A stretch of 64,000 nucleotides of DNA from a virus, in the IMG/VR virus record IMGVR_UViG_3300022921_001386; one strand, 5' to 3'. Numbering within the stretch: position 1 is the first letter of the stretch; each line of letters begins with the position of its first letter. Below the pieces are notes generated by a model. The model saw only the letters and a list, made by a program, of their open reading frames with translations, did no database searches and was not told where the DNA came from. The position numbers and the translations under genes are program-made. Shown here one piece after another: positions 37,003 to 46,497 of this stretch.

Positions 37003-40000
37003 ATGAGTGAACAATATTATTCGTTAGGAACGAATACAGCAGAACAATATATCGAAATACACAATCAACTTTGCGAAGCAACTAATGGGATTGCAAATAT
37101 TCCAGATAGAGTATGCACATGCACAGATGAAAAAGAACATAGTCTTACAAGAGGAAGTTTTTCCTTAACAGATGCAGAAGCAACTGCACTAAAAGCAGAT
37201 CCACGTATAAAGTTTATCAATATCGATTACTCGAAATATCCTGAAACATATAAGGCGCCGCCGGACGAACTTTATGCAAGTGCTCCAAAAAACTTTAATA
37301 GATACAAAAATACAGTTAAAGTTTACAAAGAAATGGAAACTTCAAACACATTGCCCGGCACACCTGATTCAACAGATATCAATAGAACCAACTGGGGAAC
37401 ATTAAGAGGTAGCACACTAGTCGATCCTTGGATAGAAGGCGGTGACGCAGATAACGTTGTAAAAACAAGTAAAATACCTCAATGGGGAGACGGCAAGCAT
37501 GTTGATGTCATTGTAGCTGATGATGGCGCTGGATGGATCGGTCACCCTGAGTTCAATAGGGACACAGAAGGCGAAAAACCAAATGGATACATAGGTGGTA
37601 ATCTACTACCAGGTAACGGAAGTTGCGATGTACTAGATTTATGTTTAGATGCACCTTATTATTTAGATCCAGATTATTTTAATGCAGATCCAGATAATAG
37701 ACTTATAACACGTTGGGATGGTACTATTGTACCTGTAGAAAGTTTTGCAAGAGGTTGGTGGACAAGCACAGGCAATAGAAGTAGTGTATTCAATGCAAAG
37801 TTTCCTAGTGCAGGTATCGTATCGTTTATTACAAGCGGATACACAAGAGCATATTGCAACGGCACAAATACAATACCAAGCACTGTAGGACAGCACTGTA
37901 CGCCCTGTATGGCGCTTACATACGGTAGAACACAGGGCTGGGCATACAACGCTAACAAATGGGCACTTAACTTATATGGCACTAATAGTACTGACATCGA
38001 ACCAGGCTTTGATTTACAAAAAATATTCCACAATACAAAACCAGTAAATCCTGCATACGGCACACAAGACCCTACTGTAAGTTCAAACAGTTGGGGATAT
38101 CGTGCAAGCAAAGGTTCAAACCCAGGATGGTATCATTTTAGAGAAGATGCTCCTGTAACATATGCAGGAACAGGTGCAGAACCTACATTTATCTCACATA
38201 TGGGATCACAAGGAGATGGCGGTCGCTGGAAAAGTGAAATGAAAACCAACTCACTTACAACTGCATTAGACGAACTTATCGACAGCGGAGTAATATTTGT
38301 GTGTGCTGCTGGCAACAGTAACCAAAAACAAACCAACTGGGGGCATCCTGATTTTAACAACTATATCAGTGCCAACAGCGATGACACTATCGAAGAAAGC
38401 AGTTATTTTGAATTTAGCGTAGAAACCACTGGTACAACTAATAGACGTGGATTTCCGCAACAAGGTGGCAAACATGATTTAAGTGACGGTCTCGGTAGCG
38501 ATTTCTTTAAGCGTGAACTTACAGTTAATGGTGTACGTATTGTAGGAGCCGGTAGCGTTGGCGGGCAGGTAGCAGTGCCAGATGCATGGTTAGAAAAAGT
38601 TGGACGTATGTTTGAACTTTTCTTAGACAAAAATGCCGCAGGTATTAATGAAGCTGCACAAAGAACTGTTATTAAAACACTCAGTGGTGACGCAGGAACT
38701 TATCATGCAGCCCAAGGACCAACACTACAACGAGTAGCAAGAGGCGCCGGTGGAGACTATAGCACAAACTTCTTAACAGATGATGGTATTACTTTTTGGA
38801 ATCTATCACCACTATTTGATAGCCATGTAGCAAACGATATGGTTTGGTATTTGAATTCAACCGGCGATGGTTACGGAGACGGTGACAACGATGCACAAGA
38901 AGTTATTGAACACGTATTCCATACACTTCATATGCATGGCTTAGATGCTGTGTCATTAAAGTTGTATTCTTATATTAGTGCAGACTGGGCAAGTGGTCCA
39001 CTGTATGCGGCTATGGAAGAAGCATACGATGCAGGCATGTGGGATAGTTCGGGATACGGCGGAGACACTTGGAAGACTGATGGGGATGCATTTGAAGTAG
39101 CCGCAAAAGAATATTTGTTCCTACTGAACTTTGCAATGTTTGAATACACAGAATTATGGACCGGCGGAAGTCTTGCTCCTGAATGGAGTGATTTAATGCG
39201 TACTCAAGCAGGCATTCTAGCAAACAATCCGCTAGGATACGCACTACACAACACATACATTGCTCCAGTTATTAGCAAACCATCACTTGCTACTATTAGA
39301 AGCATATTCCAAGATGGAAACACACCAGCACAAGACGATCCAAGTCTGGCAGGTGTATCAGGATATGTTGTAAGTAACGGAAGTACGCAGGACCCTGAAT
39401 ACAACAACGGACCGCTTATTAGCAATGGTGAAGTTACATATAAAACAATCAACATTGGTGCATTGGATGATGATCATGCTGTTGGTGCAAAAGAACGCAA
39501 AGTTGGATATAGCGACAGAGGCAATGGTATAGACTTGTATGCCCCTGCAGATGGAATATTATCAGCAAATAAAAGCTATACTCCAGAAGGCAGGTACCCT
39601 GCTGTATATTCTGGATTTACTGCCAACAGCGGTAGTGGTTCAGGAGTACCCGAGGATACAGGATTTAGTGGTACAAGTGCAGCGTGTCCATGTGCAGCTG
39701 GATTTATTTCTACCTTAGTGCAGTTTAATAGAAACTGGACATATGCAGATATTAAAACATATCTTTCAAACATGCCAGGACAAACAACTGATAACTTTTA
39801 TTATGGATCTGAATCAACAACTGCAACCGAGGCTAACTGGACTGACTATCCTAGTATAGAAACTGACGAAGCACCAAAGGTTATATACCAAGATGCAACA
39901 CAGTTTACTCAAACAGTATTTCCAAAGCGTAAAAGTAAAATAAAATCTGGCTTGCGTACTAGCGGTATACAAATAAACTATATCCAAAAGTGGGATAGAG

Positions 40001-40005
40001 GTTGA
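37003..40005 (+). CDS. Subtilisin-like S8 serine peptidase with an inserted domain (probably virion-associated)
   Basis: VDVIVADDG (Asp), GQHCT.C (His), AAGNS (oxyanion Asn), FSGTSAACP (Ser). Confidence 0.85.
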   Translation: MSEQYYSLGTNTAEQYIEIHNQLCEATNGIANIPDRVCTCTDEKEHSLTRGSFSLTDAEATALKADPRIKFINIDYSKYPETYKAPPDELYASAPKNFNRYKNTVKVYKEMETSNTLPGTPDSTDINRTNWGTLRGSTLVDPWIEGGDADNVVKTSKIPQWGDGKHVDVIVADDGAGWIGHPEFNRDTEGEKPNGYIGGNLLPGNGSCDVLDLCLDAPYYLDPDYFNADPDNRLITRWDGTIVPVESFARGWWTSTGNRSSVFNAKFPSAGIVSFITSGYTRAYCNGTNTIPSTVGQHCTPCMALTYGRTQGWAYNANKWALNLYGTNSTDIEPGFDLQKIFHNTKPVNPAYGTQDPTVSSNSWGYRASKGSNPGWYHFREDAPVTYAGTGAEPTFISHMGSQGDGGRWKSEMKTNSLTTALDELIDSGVIFVCAAGNSNQKQTNWGHPDFNNYISANSDDTIEESSYFEFSVETTGTTNRRGFPQQGGKHDLSDGLGSDFFKRELTVNGVRIVGAGSVGGQVAVPDAWLEKVGRMFELFLDKNAAGINEAAQRTVIKTLSGDAGTYHAAQGPTLQRVARGAGGDYSTNFLTDDGITFWNLSPLFDSHVANDMVWYLNSTGDGYGDGDNDAQEVIEHVFHTLHMHGLDAVSLKLYSYISADWASGPLYAAMEEAYDAGMWDSSGYGGDTWKTDGDAFEVAAKEYLFLLNFAMFEYTELWTGGSLAPEWSDLMRTQAGILANNPLGYALHNTYIAPVISKPSLATIRSIFQDGNTPAQDDPSLAGVSGYVVSNGSTQDPEYNNGPLISNGEVTYKTINIGALDDDHAVGAKERKVGYSDRGNGIDLYAPADGILSANKSYTPEGRYPAVYSGFTANSGSGSGVPEDTGFSGTSAACPCAAGFISTLVQFNRNWTYADIKTYLSNMPGQTTDNFYYGSESTTATEANWTDYPSIETDEAPKVIYQDATQFTQTVFPKRKSKIKSGLRTSGIQINYIQKWDRG

Positions 40006-40021
40006 CACCGTTTCTATCCCA
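39991..40021. terminator. Hairpin at the convergence of the + and - transcription units
   Basis: TGGGATAGA...TCTATCCCA inverted repeat spanning the subtilase stop. Confidence 0.6.
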
Positions 40022-40029
40022 TAAATTGG

Positions 40030-40290
40030 TTATTTCTTAGCTTCTTTTTCAGCTTCAATCACTGCTTGTAATTCCTTGAACAACTCTTCAGCCATTGACA
40101 CTTGACGTAATGCAAATTTATGCGGCAACGCTGGGAAAATGAATGGAAAGAATGCATGTATAAAACCAGTTAATGGAATTAGTAATGAGTGTGATGACAA
40201 CTTAATAGCATACCACATATGCAAAAAATATCCAGACCTTACGTCTTTAAGATGCTCAAAATTTATAATGCTATTTTTAAAAAGGCTCAT
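40030..40290 (-). CDS. DUF6356-like small membrane protein
   Basis: HL.....GYF.H...A....IHAFFPFIF. Confidence 0.7.
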   Translation of the reverse strand: MSLFKNSIINFEHLKDVRSGYFLHMWYAIKLSSHSLLIPLTGFIHAFFPFIFPALPHKFALRQVSMAEELFKELQAVIEAEKEAKK

Positions 40291-40496
40291 TTATGATGCT
40301 CAAATGTTGTGTCTACTAAACTTGCCAATTTCTTTGCTGCATTCATAGATGATGCTTCAAGCACAAATGGAAAGATAGCATGTATTGTACTTGTTATAAA
40401 TACTGCCAATGACCAAAATACCATGTGTGATCCAATTTTAAGATGTCCAAAATATCCAGTGTCAGCCTTTTCGCAGTGTGCAGTTAATGTAGTCAT
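40287..40496 (-). CDS. DUF6356-like small membrane protein
   Basis: AAGGAG RBS; H....TGYFGH...IHAIFPFVL. Confidence 0.75.
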   Translation of the reverse strand: MTTLTAHCEKADTGYFGHLKIGSHMVFWSLAVFITSTIHAIFPFVLEASSMNAAKKLASLVDTTFEHHK

Positions 40497-40525
40497 ATCG
40501 TTCTCCTTATGTTACAATATATCAT

Positions 40526-40533
40526 TATTTATA
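40526..40533 (-). promoter_or_regulatory. T4-like late promoter TATAAATA inside an inverted repeat
   Basis: Exact consensus on the - strand between 9-bp arms at 40508-40516 and 40541-40549. Confidence 0.55.
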
Positions 40534-40566
40534 TTTTTTGTGTAACATATTAAATAGATTTGATTA

Positions 40567-41265
40567 TTATTCAAATCCCCATTTTTTTTCTCGACACCAC
40601 CAACATAATCCACATTCCCTTTTTTCATAAGTAGCAGTAGGATCTACGCACGATTTTGTTAACTTATATAATGATTCCATTAAGTTTTCTTGTTTATAAA
40701 TCTTTGCTATGTCGCGCTTGTTTGTGTTTATCCACGGTTTATACAGAACATTTCCATATATAGTTTTGGATAGTCTTGGCTCAATACAAACATTTCTATA
40801 TTGATCTGCGCCGTTTTCTAACCCGTGCAGGTTCATTTCTTCATTTGGTGGGTTAGCTGTTACTGCATTAACAAATGTTAATATATTATTTTGTTCTCTA
40901 ACTTTCTTAAGAGCCGCCATTAGCTGAAAATATTTTGATAATCCTTCTATTGACGAAAAAGTAAAGTTATCAAATTGATCCTTAGCTTTTTTAAACCAAA
41001 AAGTATCATTAGTGTCAAATCTATATGTTTCGTGCTTTCCTATGTTAGCATCAGGAAATCTTTTACGCATAAATTTTAAAATATCATAAGCACAAAGTAT
41101 GTCTGCAGGATTACATGCATCATCACCTGAAAACGGAACAATATAAGTTTTTGGAAAGTGTTTGCAAATTAAATAAAATAATATTGCAGAATCTAATCCG
41201 CCTGATAACATTAATATAACTTGCTTAGGTGGTCCATCTGGAAAATCATCTTTTGTAAAAATCAT
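40567..41265 (-). CDS. QueC-like PP-loop ATPase
   Basis: LSGGLDS; TKSC...CGLCWWCREK. Confidence 0.8.
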   Translation of the reverse strand: MIFTKDDFPDGPPKQVILMLSGGLDSAILFYLICKHFPKTYIVPFSGDDACNPADILCAYDILKFMRKRFPDANIGKHETYRFDTNDTFWFKKAKDQFDNFTFSSIEGLSKYFQLMAALKKVREQNNILTFVNAVTANPPNEEMNLHGLENGADQYRNVCIEPRLSKTIYGNVLYKPWINTNKRDIAKIYKQENLMESLYKLTKSCVDPTATYEKRECGLCWWCREKKWGFE

Positions 41266-41266
41266 T

Positions 41267-41944
41267 TTAATATCCTATTAAAGATGGTACAATAATATTT
41301 CTATCTAACACTGTAATTTTCATCCAGTTAAATCCGTCTGTTAGTCCATCTTCTATAGATAACTGAAATCTAGAATATTTTTTTATAGACTTTTTAAGTT
41401 CGACCGTATCAAATACAGACCATAGCATGTTATCGTTATTTGTAATATACGAAACTTTATTGCTGCGTATTTTTTTCATTTGTTTTTCTGAAACATCTAT
41501 TGTTCTGTGCGTATTATGAAGTATATCAAATATTTTTTGATTAGATGGATCGATATATGTAAAATATACATATGTAGATATGGTACATAGGTTTTCTACA
41601 CAATAAAGTAGTTCTTCTAAGTTATGATGAGTAAATACACTGTTAGCAAACGAAATATCAAATATTCCAATATTTGGAAATGTTTCTGTTTTACTACCAG
41701 CAGGATTATATATAGAATGGTATCTGTTCCAATAAACTACATTTGCAGCCGGGTGTTCATTTAAAAGAGCATTCAATGAATCCTTACTTACGTCCATACA
41801 AGTATAGTTTTTTTCATGGATTTTGCCGTTGCTATAACTAATTAGATTACCTCGGTTTCCTCCAAAGTCTAATATTTTTTTATTTTTGTAATCAGTTACA
41901 AACTGATCAAATATATTAAACACATTAAGTTTTTTAAATATCAT
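41267..41944 (-). CDS. Class I SAM-dependent methyltransferase
   Basis: ILDFGGNRG, MDVS, FDISFANSVFTH. Confidence 0.75.
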   Translation of the reverse strand: MIFKKLNVFNIFDQFVTDYKNKKILDFGGNRGNLISYSNGKIHEKNYTCMDVSKDSLNALLNEHPAANVVYWNRYHSIYNPAGSKTETFPNIGIFDISFANSVFTHHNLEELLYCVENLCTISTYVYFTYIDPSNQKIFDILHNTHRTIDVSEKQMKKIRSNKVSYITNNDNMLWSVFDTVELKKSIKKYSRFQLSIEDGLTDGFNWMKITVLDRNIIVPSLIGY

Positions 41945-42519
41945 GGTAATATATCTGCTACTAAATGAATACGATCAATATTACTAGCATTTAACGCAGT
42001 ATGATTTCCTTTATCTGTATGAGCAAATGTCCATTGATCTTTTGGTAAATGGTATACTTCATCTTCGATAATCATAAGACAAGCCTCGTTGGTTTGTATT
42101 GGATAATGTATACGAGGAATTGGATCTATATGCCAATTCATACAAGTATACGGTTTTGATTTTAATAGACGCACTCTACCGACAGTGTATTTTGTTTCTA
42201 ATACACAATAGGCGTGATTAAACAATGTGCCTTTAAAAACATCACACAGCTCCCAGTCGTATACTGACTTTGGAGACATTGGTATTCTAACATCTCCTTC
42301 TGGTGTAAGTCTAATAAAGAAATCAGACTTGCCTTTATCTGCAAAGTAACCAGCCCCAAAGCTATAATCATCTGTATAGCCTGGTGCGGCATTTAAACAT
42401 ATCTGTTGAGCGCTGTGTGGATTAGAAGGTTTGAACCATTCTAAATTTAAGTTGTCTAATTCTTCTAACAGACCTTCGACTATCGGTAAGTTTATTGTAT
42501 CATAATGAATCAATGCCAA
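41941..42519 (-). CDS. Aspartyl/asparaginyl beta-hydroxylase-like 2OG-Fe(II) oxygenase
   Basis: RVRLL, CMNWHID, RIHYPIQTN, HTALNAS, RIHLV. Confidence 0.75.
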   Translation of the reverse strand: MALIHYDTINLPIVEGLLEELDNLNLEWFKPSNPHSAQQICLNAAPGYTDDYSFGAGYFADKGKSDFFIRLTPEGDVRIPMSPKSVYDWELCDVFKGTLFNHAYCVLETKYTVGRVRLLKSKPYTCMNWHIDPIPRIHYPIQTNEACLMIIEDEVYHLPKDQWTFAHTDKGNHTALNASNIDRIHLVADILP

Positions 42520-44575
42520 ATAAATCTCCTTCTTTGCCGTTGATTGCTTCTAATACTTCGTCATAACTTTTATCAAAAATTGCTAGTTTAAAAAGTACTC
42601 TTTCATTATATGTTTGTACACTGTGCTCTTCTTGTACATTAAGCAAAGCACCTTCATAATAGACATCGATATCTTCGTTCCAGGATATAGGACTATTCCA
42701 TGTTATAGGACCGTCGCCATCTAGTATTATATTTAAAGCAGTTATTGTTCCATGATCACGATGAGGAGATAGGTAACTATCTCCGTCTTGTATATAATAC
42801 CTAGGAACAGCTTTGCAACCAATAATAGAACTAACATGATTTGCTATACTATTTGCTACGTTACAATTAGACATATCGTCTTGTCTAATCACACGAAGAT
42901 GATCAATGCTTTTTGTTTCGTGCTCGTTGGAAGCAGTAAATACTTTAGCAAGTGACTTGTTTTCATAAAACTCTTTTCTTAATTTAGATTTTAAATCTTG
43001 GTTAACCGATAAGTTTTTCATATATCTTATATTAGGTTCGGGCTTCTTTATTTCTAAAAGGTTTTCAACTTTTGAATAATAAGATTTTTCTAAAAAATGC
43101 CGTGCTTTACGACGAGGCTCGGCACTTGTAAATAATTCAGTAAATGTCATTTTTCTAAGTTCTTCGAATGAATATCCAAGACACTGATAAAACATTAAAA
43201 AGAAGGTAGAAACTTTAATATCATCGATAAAATCTTTTGTAAGTACTTTTACGTATTCAACAGCCTCGTCACTATCCCAATCTTTAGTACGCCATTTGTT
43301 TTGCTTTTCATCATCAGTATATACTGTATAGCCAAACTTTTCTGGATTTTTTGAAAGCTCAGATGCTGTGCCGAGCTCTAATGGGCTAAAAGAAAAAGCA
43401 TCAAACAGATCTTTGTTTTTAATAACATCCTTAGTCCAAACATCCATTGTTTCTTTACTATCATAAGGCAACCCAGCAATAAAGCTACCGTAAACACTTA
43501 ACGATCCATCAAATACTTCTCGAGATTTTCTGATTGTTTCAAAAATTGTTGCGCTAGGACAACCCTTTCCGATTGTCTTGGCTGACTCATAATTCAACGA
43601 TTCAACACCGAGAAACCAAGAACACACATTGATTTTTTTAAGTAGTTCTAGTTGCTCTGGCCATTTTGCTACAAGATCAATACGTATAAATGCCGAAAAC
43701 TGTAGTTGTTCTGGTAGATTAATTTCTTCTATGGCATCTGCAATAGCTTGTAGCTTAACAGTCTGCTCATTAAATGTATCATCGATAATTATATACTTTG
43801 TAGTGCCATATAACTCATAGTTTTGTTTTAATTCGTGTTTGATACATTCTTTATCTCTTAAAAAAGATTGATCGCCTTTTTTCTTTCCTATCAATGGATA
43901 AGCACAAAACTTACATTTAAAAATGCATCCACGGCCAAATTCGATACCCATAGCTTCTTCCGCACTCCAAAAGTCCTCTGGAATATAGTTTACTTTTGTA
44001 TTTCTAAAATCAAATAACGCTCCTTTTTGATCATAATCAAATATATAGGGAGTAGTTCCGAGATTGGCATTATAGTTAAGATCTGTACCATTTTTTAAGT
44101 GATTAGTAATATTTAATGCAGTATGTTCGCCCATTCCAACTACATAATAATCTATTTCATTTTTAACTTCTTCGGCTCGATGATATGACATACTGCCGCC
44201 GTATACAGTTTTTACACCTTTGGTATATCGAATATAATCAGTCATTTTTCTAATATCTTCGTCTTCAGTAGGCCAGCGCCAAAGAATATTTTTTTTATTA
44301 GTATCTCGTGTATGTCGTTTGGTATATACTTCGTTACTCTTTCTCATAAACAACGAAGAACTAAATCCAACCCATAGTGTGTTATCACCGATTAACTTGT
44401 CAAGAATTTGTTTAATCATTCCGTTTTTAATCCAATGTGAAAAGTTATTTAATACAAAAACACTATATCCTTCATTGCGTAAAGCAGATGCAATTTTATA
44501 GCCGCCGATTCCCCGTGCTACATTAAATACCGGGTCGCTGCCTTCAGTCATGATTATAACATCATATGTTTTCAT
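42500..44575 (-). CDS. Cobalamin-binding (class B-type) radical SAM enzyme fused to a C-terminal cupin/oxygenase domain
   Basis: WVGFSS, YGG, VVGMGE; GRGCIFKCKFC; DDTFN, GVES, FIAGLP; C-terminal PHRD...ALN...HSV...RVL. Confidence 0.82.
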   Translation of the reverse strand: MKTYDVIIMTEGSDPVFNVARGIGGYKIASALRNEGYSVFVLNNFSHWIKNGMIKQILDKLIGDNTLWVGFSSSLFMRKSNEVYTKRHTRDTNKKNILWRWPTEDEDIRKMTDYIRYTKGVKTVYGGSMSYHRAEEVKNEIDYYVVGMGEHTALNITNHLKNGTDLNYNANLGTTPYIFDYDQKGALFDFRNTKVNYIPEDFWSAEEAMGIEFGRGCIFKCKFCAYPLIGKKKGDQSFLRDKECIKHELKQNYELYGTTKYIIIDDTFNEQTVKLQAIADAIEEINLPEQLQFSAFIRIDLVAKWPEQLELLKKINVCSWFLGVESLNYESAKTIGKGCPSATIFETIRKSREVFDGSLSVYGSFIAGLPYDSKETMDVWTKDVIKNKDLFDAFSFSPLELGTASELSKNPEKFGYTVYTDDEKQNKWRTKDWDSDEAVEYVKVLTKDFIDDIKVSTFFLMFYQCLGYSFEELRKMTFTELFTSAEPRRKARHFLEKSYYSKVENLLEIKKPEPNIRYMKNLSVNQDLKSKLRKEFYENKSLAKVFTASNEHETKSIDHLRVIRQDDMSNCNVANSIANHVSSIIGCKAVPRYYIQDGDSYLSPHRDHGTITALNIILDGDGPITWNSPISWNEDIDVYYEGALLNVQEEHSVQTYNERVLFKLAIFDKSYDEVLEAINGKEGDLFGIDSL

Positions 44576-44576
44576 A

Positions 44577-45344
44577 TTATCCTTTCCTTGGATTATTAAA
44601 GTCTACTGGAGTGCCGTTTCTTCCAATGTAGAATAATATTCCGTCTTGTTCTATTACTTGATCTTGTGTATTAAACCAGTTGTCCCCATATACAGATATA
44701 TCACCTTTTACTAATAATCTATTTTCTTTGTCTATCTTATAATCACAGTTAAATATATTACCGAGTACAGTAGAGTTAGCAGGCGTAATATCTTTAAGTG
44801 CATACACTTCTTCTATGTTATTAAATATATGCATAATGGCATTTACTCCAACTTCGGTCATTCCCCATATACATATTACTCGAGCACCTCGATTGATAAA
44901 ACCTTCAATAATATCATACGTGACGGGCTCAGATCCTACTAAAAATGTTTTGCCGGTTAAGTCAAGTGTTTTAAATCCCTTTGTTAACATAACACCCTTT
45001 GCTTGCTTTGGGGTTAAATGTGTATGAGTATATCTATCTGCTACTTTAGTATATTTATATAGATTAAATTTATCAAAGTTAACTGTTGCACCAGCTATCA
45101 ATCCTGGAATAGATTGGGCAAACAATCCTCCAGCACGCTCTAAACTTAAACAAGTGTATATAGAACTATGCACATTAATATCCTGAACTTGGATTGCACA
45201 TTTGGCATCTGCTACTATTTTACTTGGGGGCTGATATATCTCTTTTGGAACTCCGGATGTACCCGATGTTTTAATAGTTATGCCATTTACAATAATATGT
45301 TCTAATTTATCAATCAAAGTAATGAAATCCAAACTCTTGGTCAA
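44577..45344 (-). CDS. Minimal AMP-dependent (ANL family) adenylate-forming enzyme
   Basis: TSGTSGVPK, VGSEP, WGMTE, WFNTQD, IGR; no C-terminal domain. Confidence 0.8.
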   Translation of the reverse strand: MTKSLDFITLIDKLEHIIVNGITIKTSGTSGVPKEIYQPPSKIVADAKCAIQVQDINVHSSIYTCLSLERAGGLFAQSIPGLIAGATVNFDKFNLYKYTKVADRYTHTHLTPKQAKGVMLTKGFKTLDLTGKTFLVGSEPVTYDIIEGFINRGARVICIWGMTEVGVNAIMHIFNNIEEVYALKDITPANSTVLGNIFNCDYKIDKENRLLVKGDISVYGDNWFNTQDQVIEQDGILFYIGRNGTPVDFNNPRKG

Positions 45345-46497
45345 CGTATTTTAAAACGTGATGACCCATGAACCGTTCAGTAATAGTTTTAAACATTTCG
45401 TCGTTTTGCCCTTTTACATATCGTTTCAATACATCAGTCTTTTCTATACGTTCAGCAGATGTTTTCTTTGCCCAGTCCCAAAATTCGTTTTTGTATATAG
45501 AGCCTCCATGATAGATTAAGTTAATTAAATCTTCTACTGCACGATAGTTTAAAATACATAGCTCGTTTGCTCGAGAGCCGTTAATTTCGCCTCGTATATA
45601 ATCAGAAAGTATTTGACAGTTTTTAACAGCCATATACAACGAATTTGCACTCATTGGTTCAAAGAACACTGCACAGTTTCCATTTTTTAATAAACGTTGG
45701 TCAACTGTCTTCTTACAATAATATGGTTTTAAATCAAATGTACGGAAGTTTTTTGTATCTGCATCTGTTGCATCTGTGATACGAATAAGTTCCTTTTCAG
45801 CTTCTTCACGTGTACAAAACTCACTGTTGTACAGGAAGCCATGAGATGTCCTATGTTGTAATGGAATAACAAACATCCATCCATACTTATGAGCAACATG
45901 ACGTGTGAATCCAAAATCAGATGGTGTTGGATCATCATATACCAAAGCAGAGTTTAGAACAAGGTTACATTCATTGTAATCAGTAAAATCTGTCGGTCTA
46001 CCTCGACAATCGATAATATAATCAAATATGTGCAGTTTTCCGTCTACGGTTAGTTCGCCGCCTCTTGATTCGTTAGTATAATCAGTAAAACTTTGCGATA
46101 CTCTTTCTACGTTACCGTGTAATACAGTATAACTATTATATAATTTTTTTAAGCGTTCCATGCCCATTTTAACAAAATCTTTTGCATCAAAATGGATAGC
46201 ATGATATCCTGATTGAAAAGGAAAAATAATATCTTTCTCTCTCCAATCAATGTAATGTGTGCCGTACTTAGTTGTGCTGTTGAGTTCTTTTGCTTCTGTT
46301 GCAAATATGAAATCAAATGCCTGACCAATAGCAAAGGTTACTTCTGACGTTGTACTCTCACCTACTCCGAGGATAGGCTTACTTGGATCATATACATGGG
46401 TAAGCTCTAACTCAATTTCACGATTTTTAAAATCTTTAAGTAAACAGCCTGCAGTTAATACCCCTGCACTTCCAGCACCTAATATAGCAATCTTCAT
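45310..46497 (-). CDS. Flavin-dependent (tryptophan halogenase-like) enzyme
   Basis: GAGSAG, GVGEST, STTKYG, IDCRG, GWMFVIPL, FFEPM. Confidence 0.85.
   Translation of the reverse strand: MKIAILGAGSAGVLTAGCLLKDFKNREIELELTHVYDPSKPILGVGESTTSEVTFAIGQAFDFIFATEAKELNSTTKYGTHYIDWREKDIIFPFQSGYHAIHFDAKDFVKMGMERLKKLYNSYTVLHGNVERVSQSFTDYTNESRGGELTVDGKLHIFDYIIDCRGRPTDFTDYNECNLVLNSALVYDDPTPSDFGFTRHVAHKYGWMFVIPLQHRTSHGFLYNSEFCTREEAEKELIRITDATDADTKNFRTFDLKPYYCKKTVDQRLLKNGNCAVFFEPMSANSLYMAVKNCQILSDYIRGEINGSRANELCILNYRAVEDLINLIYHGGSIYKNEFWDWAKKTSAERIEKTDVLKRYVKGQNDEMFKTITERFMGHHVLKYVDQEFGFHYFD

Noticed and set aside
35230-39773. Long antisense ORFs over the tail fibre and subtilase genes
   Set aside because: Explained by codon bias of G/T/S/D-rich sense genes; no motifs or evident RBS
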